64,000 nucleotides of DNA from Spirochaetia bacterium. GTDB lineage: Bacteria; Spirochaetota; Spirochaetia; SZUA-6; Bin103. This document shows positions 53,363 through 64,000 of this stretch, piece after piece. The stretch covers positions 1,216,001 to 1,280,000 of the forward strand of contig CBDBDQ010000005.1 of the NCBI GenBank assembly GCA_965203905.1, in the 5' to 3' direction. The notes beneath the pieces are model-generated. The model did no database searches. It was not told where the DNA came from and saw only the letters and a program-made list of their open reading frames with translations. The position numbers were made by a program, and so were the translations under genes. Each line of letters begins with the position of its first letter. Position 1 is the stretch's first letter.

Positions 53363-54250
53363 TTAACCTTGACGGACTACCATCAGCAGGCGGCAATGAT
53401 CGCTGGCCCCCCACTCTGCCACGCTGTTCATGGCCTTCACGTCGATACTTTCGTGAAAGCCCCGTGAGGCGAACACGTAGTCCAGTTGCCGGTCGGCAGC
53501 TTCGGGGCCGCCCTTGTTCGGGGCGAAGGTCACGACATTTTTGTTGTCAGGCTCCATAAAGGGAGGCACGGGGTCAGCCTGGCGCCCGTTGGGGTGCTGC
53601 GGCCCCAGAAACTCCAGACCCAGCACATTCATCCTGTCCCAAACGGTATGTTCGCGCGCCACGTCCCACTTTGGGTCGTGGCCTGCCTTGGAACCGTAGA
53701 CCATGTTCAGATCGCCAGCCGCAAGTATTCGGTGTGTCGAAGGGTCTACGTTGCCGATAAACGCCGACAAGTCAGAGATTATTCGATGCGCTGATCCGTC
53801 GGGAAACCCTACGCGCCACTTGCTGCCAGTAACCGGGTGCGGCGCGATCCACCGGGCGTACATAGACGCAACGATGAATGGTGGCGTAGCGTGGTCTTTG
53901 GGAATGACCCGCGCCGCCGCCACCGTGCCGATTCCGCTAACGGGAAACTGGTTGAGGCCAGGTACCATGATCGGGCTGATTTGTTTGAACCACTCGACAT
54001 CCACCCGGTCCGAAAGGCGTACCACCATAGCCCAGCGGTCGTACAGGAAATCGAATTGAAGCTTCCACCAGCACGAGTTCCAATAGTTGGCGTTCCAGTG
54101 CTCTACGGGGCCGGTGCAGACTTTCCCGGCAACATCTCCCGGCGGCCGGCGGGCTTCCTGTAGCAGGGCTACGTCCGCGTCCATCTCAAGTAGTTGCCTC
54201 CACGGTTCATGCCAAGCGTTTATGTTCCAACTGACTATCTTGATTCCCAA
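53363..54250 (-). CDS. Endonuclease/exonuclease/phosphatase family protein
   Basis: IVSWNI, DVALLQE, AGDLN, LDYVF, SDH motifs. Confidence 0.85.
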   Translation of the reverse strand: MGIKIVSWNINAWHEPWRQLLEMDADVALLQEARRPPGDVAGKVCTGPVEHWNANYWNSCWWKLQFDFLYDRWAMVVRLSDRVDVEWFKQISPIMVPGLNQFPVSGIGTVAAARVIPKDHATPPFIVASMYARWIAPHPVTGSKWRVGFPDGSAHRIISDLSAFIGNVDPSTHRILAAGDLNMVYGSKAGHDPKWDVAREHTVWDRMNVLGLEFLGPQHPNGRQADPVPPFMEPDNKNVVTFAPNKGGPEAADRQLDYVFASRGFHESIDVKAMNSVAEWGASDHCRLLMVVRQG

Positions 54251-54252
54251 AC

Positions 54253-54440
54253 GCGCGGCTGCTACGCAATGGCGAGGGCCAGCAAGTGCACGTGCCGACG
54301 CCAGGGGACCAGGCGGTGCGCGACTATCCGCGCTGCCGGGACGATCTGCGCCAGGAGCTACGCCGCTATCGGCAGCGGTTGCAGCAAGCCCTGATCCGGC
54401 ATGGCTATGGCTACCGTGGCGGACGCAACTGGACGCAGAG
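54253..54440 (+). pseudogene. IS110-family transposase fragment
   Basis: ARLLRNGE..VHVPTPGDQAVRD..RDDLRQEL.R.RQRL..L.RHG.....NW resembles the IS110 N-terminal/linker region. Confidence 0.55.
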
Positions 54441-55065
54441 CTGCAGAGCTACCGGCGCTGATTGGGAGAGCGTGCTGACAAAGGCACATCTCGGCTTCAC
54501 CTCCTTGGGGGCGAGACCGTGGCGAACCACGTCCGCGATGCCTGGGTGGACGTGGAGTTCAAGCTCTGGCAACGCCGGTTGTCGTAGAACTGGATCAATG
54601 GTCTTCCGGCGGGCGCTTGGGCTGCCGCACCCAAGCGACTCACATGCCGACTTCGGTTGGCCGGCGCGGAGCACTTACCAGGAGTGCGCCATCCCGGATT
54701 CCGCCTGATCAGACCACCTTCGGTAAGCTCCGTGGGCGCTGCGCAGGGGCTATCCAGGTGCGACGCGCGCCGCATGGGGGCGCCGCGCAGGGCGGTGAGA
54801 GCCGGCGCGAACAACCCCTGCAACGGATATACCAACGACAACGGGATCCGTACTGACACTTTGATTACGCCCCACGAGCTTGGTTAGCCGCACCCCGGAT
54901 AGTAAGCGCGCGTTGGCAAGGGTTTCCCCTGCATGGAAGATGCGCCCTTCCAGGTTGCCGTGCAACGGGTCAGTCGATCTTTTTGGATCGTTCCTCTGTA
55001 CTCAACTCTCGCGTGTCGATACCTCGTAACTCATTGAGCTATCTGATTTGCACACACTCCCGTTA

Positions 55066-55953
55066 TTAAGGCAGCGATACCGGCCCGTGAGTCCCACCGC
55101 AGAACAACCCTATCGTACTGAGTTCCACTGTCTCGCCGCCAGCAGGGCAAGTTTGACAGCAGGCTTCGCAGCTTTCAGAGCCGTCGATTCCGACGCCCCA
55201 AATATCGACTCCCCATTCATCCTCTGCTCCAAAACAGACCTTCGCATCTGTTCTACACGCAAGATTGTATGAATCTAATTGGTCCAGGGTATATGCACTA
55301 TCGGGTCCCGGCCACACCAAATCATTGGTTACATCAAAAAACCGTATGTAGTTCTGAAGTGCATCGTCGCAGGCATCCACGAACCACCAGATGATATTCC
55401 CGATGGTGGGGCAGCCAGGCACGCGCCCGCTCACATCGCAACCAGACACGGCAGTCAGATTGACACCTCTCATGTCGGCCCTCCGCAGGTCGGCGTCGGT
55501 CAAGGTGGCGGCCGTCAGGTCCACGCCCGCCAAGTTCGCGTCGCGCAGGTTTACCCTGGTCAGGTCAGCTCCCCGCAGAATCGCGCCAGCAAGATTGGCG
55601 TTATTCAGGTTAGCTCCGGTAAGGTCGGCTCCACTCAGGTCAGCACCACGTAGAACGGTCGAGATCATTCTGGCACCACGCAAGTCGGCTCCGCGCAAGT
55701 CGGCCCCGTCGAGGTCCGTGTTGCTCAGATTCGCGCCAGCTAGGCTCGCTTCTCTGAGGTTGGCCTCGCGCAGATTGGTCCCAGCCAAATCCGCATCGTT
55801 TAGATCTGCACCAGAGCAGTCCGGTAGACATGCAAGTCCCGTTGCTTGCGGGTCTTGAGACGTAGTTGTGGCTACTTCGTCGCATCCGCCTATCACCATG
55901 GCTACCAGAGCCAGCAATGCACCTGCGGTCATCGACATCGGATAGTTTCTCAT
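55066..55953 (-). CDS. Pentapeptide-repeat lipoprotein with Cys-rich C-terminal domain
   Basis: IGGC lipobox; A(D/N)L.. pentapeptide repeats. Confidence 0.8.
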   Translation of the reverse strand: MRNYPMSMTAGALLALVAMVIGGCDEVATTTSQDPQATGLACLPDCSGADLNDADLAGTNLREANLREASLAGANLSNTDLDGADLRGADLRGARMISTVLRGADLSGADLTGANLNNANLAGAILRGADLTRVNLRDANLAGVDLTAATLTDADLRRADMRGVNLTAVSGCDVSGRVPGCPTIGNIIWWFVDACDDALQNYIRFFDVTNDLVWPGPDSAYTLDQLDSYNLACRTDAKVCFGAEDEWGVDIWGVGIDGSESCEACCQTCPAGGETVELSTIGLFCGGTHGPVSLP

Positions 55954-56579
55954 CGGGTGAGTCCTCCAGCGCCCGTTTTAGTGTTATAGCCCGAGCAAAC
56001 CGAGGTTAGTACCACGCAACACTGTCCACAAGGGAACAATGTGATCTTTCTGTGACAAGATCCCTTGCTTCAGTGAATATTTTGTGATCTATTGCCGGTT
56101 TCATTTTCCCGAGCCAACTGGTAGCTACCTGCAAGGATGGCACCATCAGCGCTCTTCGCCCGTTCTCCATACTTGAGACTTCGATTACACCGGCTAACAC
56201 TACCTTACCTAAGATGACACTCCATCGGTCCATTCGCGAAATGGCGAATTTCTTGTGCGTTTGGCGACTGTTACGCCAATTCGCGAATTTGACAGATTGA
56301 AGTCTATCTCATTGCTCTACGAATGTTTGACTGTTCTCATCAATTTACTTTCGGAGAGACGATTTACTCGCGCTGGTTTAATATTGTGCATAGAAGTCCG
56401 ACCTATCGCGAAATAGCGAACATCAGAGTAGATTCGCGAACTTTCCGCGAATTCGCGAACTCGCGAATTCGCGAGAGAGAGTTCGGTGCTTAGGCGAGGA
56501 TTTGGGTCGGAAGGCCAAGGGACTGCCCGCCCGCAGTAGTGGCTGTGTGTCGTTCCGCCAACTCCGCCGCCCGCACCTT

Positions 56580-57190
56580 CCCGGATCCATTACCACGCCG
56601 GCATCTCGCAGGTGGCTCGCCCGCGCGATCTGCTGGGCACGCTTGTAGCACTCACGGTCCTCGTGGGGGACGCCCCATCGCCATGGCGACCGACCCGGCC
56701 TGGAGTCGACGTGAGCCAGGTATGGCGAGCCGAGCCCAAGTGTCGCCCGCGCGCGCCCCGCCCACTCCAGGAACTGAACAACGCCGTCAACTGGTTGAAC
56801 GTGATGCACATCTGCGCGCCCCCCCCCCAGGCTGAAGATCGAGCGCAGCCACGGGTCGGTCTCGGCCGCCTCTGGGCTCCCCTCCGCCAGCGCCACCGGC
56901 TGCAAGCCGTCCGCGAACGGCTTGCAGCCGCACAGGTACTGCTGGCCCTGGACGAACAGGTGGTCGATCAGCAACGCCCGGTATCGCCGCCGTCGCGGTC
57001 ACGTCGGGGCGGCGACGACGCGGTCCCGGCCGTCCCGTTCATCGAGCGGGAGCCACGCGACCTCGACGCCTCGTTGGTCGCAGCGCCCGGCAGCGGTCGC
57101 CAAGCAGGGCGGTCTTGCCGAAGCCGCCGTGGGCTTGCAGCACGGTGAGACGGCGGTCCAGAAGACCGCACCGTCCCTCCACCTCTCGAC
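56580..57190 (-). pseudogene. MalT-like ATP-dependent LuxR regulator remnants
   Basis: RLTVLQAHGGFGKTALL and VAWLPLDERD in shifted frames. Confidence 0.5.
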
Positions 57191-57214
57191 AGAGGCGCCA
57201 GCTGTGCGTTCAGA

Positions 57215-57990
57215 ATCGTGAGCACCGTTGCCAGACACACTTTGCGGGCAAACTCCATGTCCAGCGTATCCGGAGTGTCGCTTGGCTGGTGGTAGTGCGG
57301 CGACCGCTGGTCCGCCGTGTCGGTAAGCATGATCGCGGGCAAGCCCCGTTTCCAGAACGAATAGTGATCCGACCGAAACAGATCACGGAAGTGGCACTCC
57401 ATCTTTTTCAGCGGGACATCGACGAAGACAGCAGGAAGGTCTACCCGTCTGCGGCACTGCTCGAAACATTTCCTACCGAGGTCATCCGAGTGCTCGCAAC
57501 TCAGAATGGCGACAGAATTGCAAAATTGCCACGGTTCCGATCAAACCGGTAATTGGGGATACACTCCGGCTCGATACCTGCTGGATAGCTCTGAGAGTCG
57601 GCCACGTAGCCTACCGATTCCAGGTTGATGACGCCGCCAACTTCGATGCCGCGGCAATTCAGGCTGTCCACCCACTCACGACTGCCGATGAACGGCCTCG
57701 ACCGGGCTGCCCACTTCCAAGGTGAAGCCGATGCAACGGATCGGACGGTCGGAGCGGTGTTCGATCAGCAACCGGGCTGCTTCGAGCATCACCGCCACCG
57801 CGCAGGCATTGTCGCCGGCGCCGTGACTGTTGCACACGGTGTCGTAGTGGGCGCAAATGACCAGCTCCAGCCCGGCCGTTCTGGCCGTTCCCGCGTTGAT
57901 CAAGCCCTCGACGTTGCGAAACACTCCGCAAGAGCCGGGTACCGTAAAGAAGTGTTCGCTGAGCGCCGCACCTGCCTCATACAGTCGCTG
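57215..57990 (-). pseudogene. M28-family peptidase, frameshifted
   Basis: VICAHYDTV..GAGDNA..VAVMLEAAR, GFTLE, RSDH..FW..G.PAIMLTDTA..R.PHYH..SDT. Confidence 0.75.
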
Positions 57991-58199
57991 TCCAATGTAG
58001 TTTTGCCGCCCCGTCGAGCCCCTTCGGGCCGATGTTCGGATGACGAATCCCGGTGAGGGCCTCTACGTGCCCCCGAATTCGTGCAACGTCCACCCGCACG
58101 TACTAGCACCTTGCGTTTCCATACTCTGCCTCCCTATAAGTGTTCACGTATGACCCGTACGCGCTCCGAGGGCGACGCCGGCTCTCTGCTTGGCCGCTA

Positions 58200-58690
58200 C
58201 GATGATCAGTTGGTGTTCCTGCCACTGGCGCACCGGCGGCCTGGCGGCATCGCAGCGCATGATGCGGACGTTGCCGCACTCGCGCTCCAGCGAGTAGCCG
58301 GACACGACAAGGTCCGGGGCCGCGGCCACTATGTTGCTCATGGCGGCCGTCAGCGCGCCAAGTCGCGGCGGATACCGCGTCCGAGGAACGCGTCGTACAG
58401 GGGTATCGACTCTGCAAGTAATAGTAGCCCGGCGTGGAGAGTAGCTGCCACACGCCGTCGACTCCGGAGGGCGAGCGCCAGGTAGCGGTAGACGGGGTAG
58501 AGCGGGGCTTGGTTGCGCAGGAAGCCGAACAGCGTGGCCTCGTTCGACCAGCCGCGATACGCCAGCACCTGGGCGGGCAGCACCTTCAGCATGCCGGCGC
58601 AGGACACCACCGGCGAACAGCGCCCCGGCAAGGTACAGCACGCTCAACCCTCCGCCGGCGAGCACCAACCACCACAGCAGCGCATGCGCC
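58200..58690 (-). pseudogene. Second GT22-like glycosyltransferase C-terminal remnant
   Basis: YRGWSNEATLFGFLRNQAPLYPVYRYLA is similar to YQAWSWETALVRFVRNQDPIFAVYRYLS near 45400. Confidence 0.55.
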
Positions 58691-58698
58691 GGATCCCG

Positions 58699-58875
58699 TC
58701 AGACGGTGTCGCCGTGGCGCTTGCGCAGCTCGTCGCTGACGTACTCGGGGGAGAGCTTGCCCAAGCTGGAGAGGTCGGCGGCGGCCAGCCGGTGAGCGGG
58801 CAGGCAGGCGCGCAGCACGTCCTGGACCATGAGCGGGGAGGCGAACAGGCGTTTGTAGTTCTCGTCGTGCAGCAT
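58699..58875 (-). pseudogene. Rpn-family nuclease 5' fragment
   Basis: MLHDENYKRLFASPLMV..RHGDTV near-identical to the start of 29316-30260, then stop. Confidence 0.8.
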
Positions 58876-59212
58876 GGGTACGGGCGGGCGCTCTCCGCAT
58901 AGCCCACTTGACGTACCCCAAAAAGGGCGATGCGCGAAGCGCCGAAAAACCCCACCCTATATGACGATGTGGAACAGCGGCTACGTGCGCAGCTGTCGGA
59001 CGCAGAAGGTAGGCCAGTGAGATTCGGAATTCACGCCAGCGAGGCGTTGTGCCATATCCGAGAGCGGTTCATCGAGCACGTGGACCGGATGGTCCAGGCT
59101 GGCGGCGTGGCGAGGCGGGAGCCGGCATGGCGCGGGGCGCCCGGCACGGGCAACCGCACGGGCGTCCGGCCGTCGGGGGCGAACCCACCGTATCACGCAT
59201 CCAGGAGGAATA

Positions 59213-59938
59213 ATGACACTGCCGACGGCCACGAGGAGCCAGTCTACAGAGACCTGGGAAAAAGCACTCGATGAGTACCGATACCCGGCCGATCTCACGC
59301 TGTTCCGCGATGCCGGAAAGTACCAGAGTTGGTTCAACTGGGACATCAATCTGGGGAATCGGAGCCAGACAATGGAGTTCGAAGCCCGATTCAAGGCACA
59401 GGCCATCCATCATCTGGAGGCATGGGCCGAGGTCATGTTCTGGAAGCTGTATACCACGGGAGAGCGGGCAAGAAATGAAAGAACTCTGCATCTGCTGCAT
59501 TCCAGGATCTCTCCCGGTGAGTTGTGGTCGGCATGCAAGGACTACATCGAAAGCCCTGGCGTAGAAACGTTCAGGGTGTTCAGAAACAAACTGTTTCGCT
59601 CGCCGGTGGTGGCGACAGCTGCCACATTCCCTGCGTTCATCTGTCCCGAGAAGTTTCCGATGGTGGACATGCAGGTGATAAAATGGGCAAGAAAATATGG
59701 TGATCGGCATCGCTACTCAGGAGTCGGCGGCCCTAATCTTGCCGATGTTCCTGCCTTAGAACGAAACGGCAATCTTCAGGAAAGCCACTGGTCGTTCATT
59801 GGTTCTTGGATTGATTGGTGTCGGTTCACTGCACGTAGACTGAATGAACTCACGGAACGGGCATGGCGCGCACGGGACGTAGAGATGGCAGTTTTCACCG
59901 CGCAAAGATTCAAGCTGCCGCTCCAACCGCTAACGTGA
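59213..59938 (+). CDS. Hypothetical protein, possibly HhH/OGG-fold-like
   Basis: AGGAGG RBS; 241-aa ORF with FPMVD.QV and W.ARDVEMAVF; fold is a weak inference. Confidence 0.55.
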   Translation: MTLPTATRSQSTETWEKALDEYRYPADLTLFRDAGKYQSWFNWDINLGNRSQTMEFEARFKAQAIHHLEAWAEVMFWKLYTTGERARNERTLHLLHSRISPGELWSACKDYIESPGVETFRVFRNKLFRSPVVATAATFPAFICPEKFPMVDMQVIKWARKYGDRHRYSGVGGPNLADVPALERNGNLQESHWSFIGSWIDWCRFTARRLNELTERAWRARDVEMAVFTAQRFKLPLQPLT

Positions 59939-60642
59939 AGTGCTGCTGCCGTGGAGCTGATGCCAGCGGTTACAGGTTTCTTGGCGGCAACCATGATCGC
60001 GGGCGCCTTAGCTAGGTATGTGGACGGCTGAGGACATCGTCGGTGAATTGAACCCGACAACCGGTGAGCTAATCGAAGAACGGACATCGTTTATGGCTGG
60101 AGCGATCATATAGGTCCTATGCCGAACCGTCGACTCTCTTTCCGAGAGCGAAGTTCGACACCGAACATGATGCTCCTTCCCACGGCTACATCCGAGTAGC
60201 GCACTTCTTCGTCAGTTTGGGAGTGGCCAGCCCGGCAGCTAGTGTGCACTGGGCTATTCGTGTTCCGACCGGTCTTCGCCACCACCCAGCGTGCCATATC
60301 CACTGATTCACAAAGCGTTGCCAGCGCAGTACCACGCCATCCCCAAGCGCAGTAGATTTAAGCATCCACGCCTCCAGGTTCCAGGCCATTCCCGGTGATT
60401 GCGAAGTACGCCTGATTAGCGGTCAGCGAGCCAGTCGGCACATACGCCATTCCCGGCCCGCACTTACGCCGGGGACCCCTTCAGCGCCATCGCCAACCAT
60501 AGTGACGACCATCAGCTTCGGCGGAGCGGGCGAATCGCTTGGCCGACCGGATCCTGTCGAAGCTTTGGGTCGCGGACTGGAGATCGCGGGCGGTAACGAT
60601 ACACCGAACGTGAATGGTGCGCCGTTTCTTCTCGACCTGCAA

Positions 60643-61189
60643 TCAATAGTTGGCGCTTCGACCCTTTCTCGATCTGACCAGCTGCCACAGGGCATTCAAG
60701 TCGAGGCTGCATCCGTGGAACTCGGGTCGCAGGGTCACGATTCTGCCCAGACCCGATCGAATGGGCTCGCCGAAAGATATCGTCGTGCGGCCCAGAAATG
60801 ATCAAGCTCGCCAAAGCTGTGAGCAACCGATCGGTTTCGGCCTCGCGTTCTTGCAACGGAATCCGAATATGGAGCCACGAATGCACGTTGGGGTCGAACT
60901 CGTCGAAGTCGCGGTCGATCATCAACAAGCTCGGGGTCTTCAGGATCTCCCGCTCCGCGCGGTCCGACCAAGGCTTGTCCAGAACCTGCCCTCGCGTAGC
61001 CTGAATATCGGGAGTGAACGGTCGTACGAGCGCCGCTTCGCTCTTCAGGTTGCGTGCAAAGCGTTCCAAGCTCGCCATCAGTCTTTTCGAGAACTCAAGT
61101 TCTTCCTCAACGTCATCCCGAAGGAGTAGGAAGAAGAGGTAGCTGTAGCGACCGCTAGTGGCAGACAGATACGTGTGGGTGATTACCAT
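60643..61189 (-). CDS. Hypothetical protein, probably frameshifted near its 3' end
   Basis: ATG 61189; protein-like composition to about 60770; alternative frame LRPEFHGCSLDLNALW ends at about 60643. Confidence 0.4.
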
Positions 61190-61226
61190 GGCGCGAGACC
61201 CAGAAAAGGAAAATCTGCCACGCATC

Positions 61227-63317
61227 CTAGCGCAAGTTGATCATTTTTTGGAGAAAGGTGGCGAGATTTGGTGGAGATACCGGTGAAAGGAGCGTCTGAG
61301 GGCGAGAAGATCGGTGCCAGCGGACGGATATTTCGCGTGTAGTTATAACTCACATGGATCTACATTTTTGTATGATCCAATACGTTGACTCATCTTCACC
61401 CCTTTGGTATCTTCCAGGTGCGTGTTCATCGGCCAGCTCAAGGTCTCCCGCAACGGTCGCTCCTACACCTACCACCGCCTCCTGGAGTCGGTACGCACCG
61501 ATAAAGGCCCACGCCAGCGGCTGGTCTTGAGCCTCGGCACCCTCGAGCTGCCCAAGTCCGAGTGGCCGCGCTTGGCCGAGCGCATCGAAGATCTGCTCAA
61601 TCATCAGGAACAGATTCCGTTCGGAGCTTCTGACCTGGACCAACTGGCAGCGCCGTTCGCCGAACGCATCCGCCACAAACAGCAGCGGCGCCGCGCGCAG
61701 CAGGAGGGACAGGGAACGGCCAAGGAGGTATATCCCGAACGCAGCAGCAGTGAGCATGTTCGCGAACTCGGCCCGGAATACGTCGCGCATGTGTTCTGGC
61801 AGCGCCTGCACTGCGACCAGTTGTTGCAGCGCTGCGGATTCTCGCCACGGCAGTGCCGGCTGGCCGAGATCCAGGTGGCCGGCAGACTGATAGCGCCACG
61901 CAGTGAGCGCGGCACCGCGGGCTGGTTTGCGCGCACGGCGCTCGCTGAACTGATGCCCGACCGCGTGCCGAGCGTCAATAAAGATGCGCTGTACCGGATC
62001 TCCGATCAGTTGTATGAGCACCGAGTCGCTATCGAGACCGGGTTGGCAGCGCGCGAGCGCGAACTGTTCGCGCTGGAAGAAACGATCATCCTCTACGACC
62101 TGTCTTCGACGTACTTCGAGGGCATCGCGACGCGCAACAAGAAGGCGGCGCACGGGTACTCGCGCGATCATCGGCCCGACTGCAGGCAGGTGGTGGTCGG
62201 TCTGGTGCTGGATGGCGAGGGGTTCCCGAAGGCGCACGAGGTGTTCACCGGCAACACCAAAGACGAGAACAGCATGCCGCAGATGCTCGCCAGCCTGGAC
62301 CGCCGCAGCGGCAGCATCGCCGGGTGGCCGAGTCAACCCACGGTGATCATGGACCGTGGTCTGGCCAGCGACGAGAATCTGAACCTGCTGCGGGCGCGCG
62401 GCCAGCACTACATCGTTGCCAGCCAGCAGAGCGAGCGCCACGAGTTGTTTCCCGAGATTGACGCCTGCCGATACGTGCCGGTGAAAGTGGACGCGAAAGG
62501 CAGGACCGTGGTCTCCGGCCAGTTGCGGTTACATCAGGGCGAGCTGTATGTGCTGTGCCACAGCGTCGCTCGGGCGGCCAAGGATGGCGCGATACGGCAG
62601 CGGTTCGAGCAACGGTTCGAACAGGATGCCAACAAGCTCACGGCACGGGTGGCGGCTGGTCGGTTGAAGCAGCCGGAGAAGATCAACCAGGCCATCGGGC
62701 GCCTGCTGGGGCGCTATCCGCGCGTGGCGCGCTACTACACGGTGCAGATGCTCACCGATGAGGAGGGCCGAGCAGAGGTCAGGTGGGCCCGGAAGGACGC
62801 CCAGCGGCAACTCGCCGAGGAGCTTGACGGGACTTATCTGCTGCGCACCGATCGCACCGACTTGACGGAAGCCGACCTCTGGAAGCTGTACGTGCTGCTG
62901 GCGCGCATCGAACGCTCATTTCGCTACCTGAAGAGCAACTTGGGGATCCGCCCGGTATTCCATCAGCGCACCGAGCGCGCGGACGCGCACATTTTCATCT
63001 CGTTGCTGGCCTACCACCTGCTGCATGCCATCGAACGGCGCCTGCAGGAGAACGGCGACCATCGCTCCTGGCCGACGATCCGGGACCTGTTGTCAACCCA
63101 TCAGATGGTGACCATCGTGCACCAGTGCACCGACGGGACGGTCCTGCGGGTGCGGCGACCTTCGCAGCCGGAGTTGGAGCAGCGCAAGATTTACCGGGCG
63201 CTGCGGATACCGGCCACCCCGCCGATGCCAGGGAGGAGCCGATTGTAGTGACAAACAAAAATGCCAACTTTCGGCACAGCAACAATATCCGTCTGACAAA
63301 TGCTCAACTTGCGCTAG
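61227..63317 (+). mobile_element. IS1634-family insertion sequence
   Basis: Ends ctagcgcaagttgatcattt / aaatgctcaacttgcgctag (19/20 inverted match; CTAG may be the TSD) enclosing the transposase. Confidence 0.85.
61422..63248 (+). CDS. IS1634-family DDE transposase
   Basis: LYDLSSTYFEG, GYSRDHRPD..QVV, MDRG, IERSFR.LK..L..RPVFH; TTGACT-17-TATCTT promoter 8 nt before the GTG. Confidence 0.9.
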   Translation: MFIGQLKVSRNGRSYTYHRLLESVRTDKGPRQRLVLSLGTLELPKSEWPRLAERIEDLLNHQEQIPFGASDLDQLAAPFAERIRHKQQRRRAQQEGQGTAKEVYPERSSSEHVRELGPEYVAHVFWQRLHCDQLLQRCGFSPRQCRLAEIQVAGRLIAPRSERGTAGWFARTALAELMPDRVPSVNKDALYRISDQLYEHRVAIETGLAARERELFALEETIILYDLSSTYFEGIATRNKKAAHGYSRDHRPDCRQVVVGLVLDGEGFPKAHEVFTGNTKDENSMPQMLASLDRRSGSIAGWPSQPTVIMDRGLASDENLNLLRARGQHYIVASQQSERHELFPEIDACRYVPVKVDAKGRTVVSGQLRLHQGELYVLCHSVARAAKDGAIRQRFEQRFEQDANKLTARVAAGRLKQPEKINQAIGRLLGRYPRVARYYTVQMLTDEEGRAEVRWARKDAQRQLAEELDGTYLLRTDRTDLTEADLWKLYVLLARIERSFRYLKSNLGIRPVFHQRTERADAHIFISLLAYHLLHAIERRLQENGDHRSWPTIRDLLSTHQMVTIVHQCTDGTVLRVRRPSQPELEQRKIYRALRIPATPPMPGRSRL

Positions 63318-63584
63318 TGGGATCATGGCGGGCTGTCAACCAGCCGTCCTGACTCATTCTGACTCATCAAGAATCTAACCCCGCGGAAAGCGTGCCTCAT
63401 TAAATTAAAGTCTAAGCCGAAGTTCCAGAGGGTTTGAGCGCACTTAATCTTTTGTTGTAGAGACAATTAAGGTCCATTGGATCTAAGCGGTATGTGGCTC
63501 ACTTTCTGAGCGGCGTGTGCATCATGCAAGGCGGATCGGAGGAGCATGTTGTAGAAGCCGAAGAACTGGGCCGACGTGGTAGCC

Positions 63585-64000
63585 GGCAAGTTTCACGTTG
63601 CCGGGTTCGCCGGCCCGGATCGGCGGGAAACGGGAAGGCGGGCGGCAGCCGGAGCAGGGCTGCCGTCACCCTGTTCGCCGCCCTGCTGACCGCCTGCAGC
63701 TTCGAGTACTCCGATGCCGACGCATCACCCACGCAACTGCTTGGGCACATACCCGAGACCGAGCTCACCGAGGTACGCCACACCATCGTCCGCAACGGCC
63801 GCGTGGCGGCCGAGTTCCGCGCCCGCCAGGTACGCAATTTCCCCGCGCCGGCCGCACCGAGCCGGATGACGTGCACTACTCCGAATACGACCGCAACGGC
63901 ATCCTGGTCACCGCCGGCAACGCCGACCGCGCCGTGTACTTCACCGAGCGCGAGGACGCCGAGGTGGCCGGTGCGATCCGCTTGCGCTCGCAGTCGCAGG
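63585..64000 (+). pseudogene. lptC: Second lptC-like copy, 1-nt frameshift near 63841, runs off the window
   Basis: High nucleotide similarity to 52131-52548; one C missing in ttcccc(c)gc. Confidence 0.65.

Noticed and set aside
59940-60640. Short ORFs between the hypothetical genes
   Set aside because: No recognisable motifs or consistent frame; cannot be supported

Overview
GC-rich bacterial accessory region. It is most consistent with a host-associated (sponge-type) Spirochaetota-like genome; this is an inference from the M30-peptidase lipoproteins, the lptC style and the eukaryote-like repeat proteins. There are four zones. (1) 0.1-5.4 kb and 16.5-32.8 kb: a shuffled, partly decayed array of nuclease-family genes (AAA+PD-(D/E)XK, Uma2, DUF3782-like, Rpn/YhgA, long HNH proteins paired with variable-length coiled-coil genes). 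It is held together by conserved non-coding modules and tandem repeats. It contains a MITE-Uma2-MITE structure whose nested 9-bp target duplications point to an integrated single-gene DNA circle. (2) 6-16.4 kb: two M30-type metallopeptidase lipoproteins with swapped N-terminal domains, flanking lower-GC inserts. (3) 32.8-51.6 kb: surface/adhesin genes (TSP3-vWA, a giant Calx-beta autotransporter, collagen-like) interleaved with a polyprenol-P-mannose synthase and three classes of GT-C glycosyltransferase, plus a group IIC intron 5' fragment after a terminator. (4) 52-64 kb: pseudogene-rich cargo and an IS1634 element between two lptC copies. Several frameshifts lie in homopolymers and may be sequencing errors. 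No rRNA, tRNA or CRISPR array was seen.
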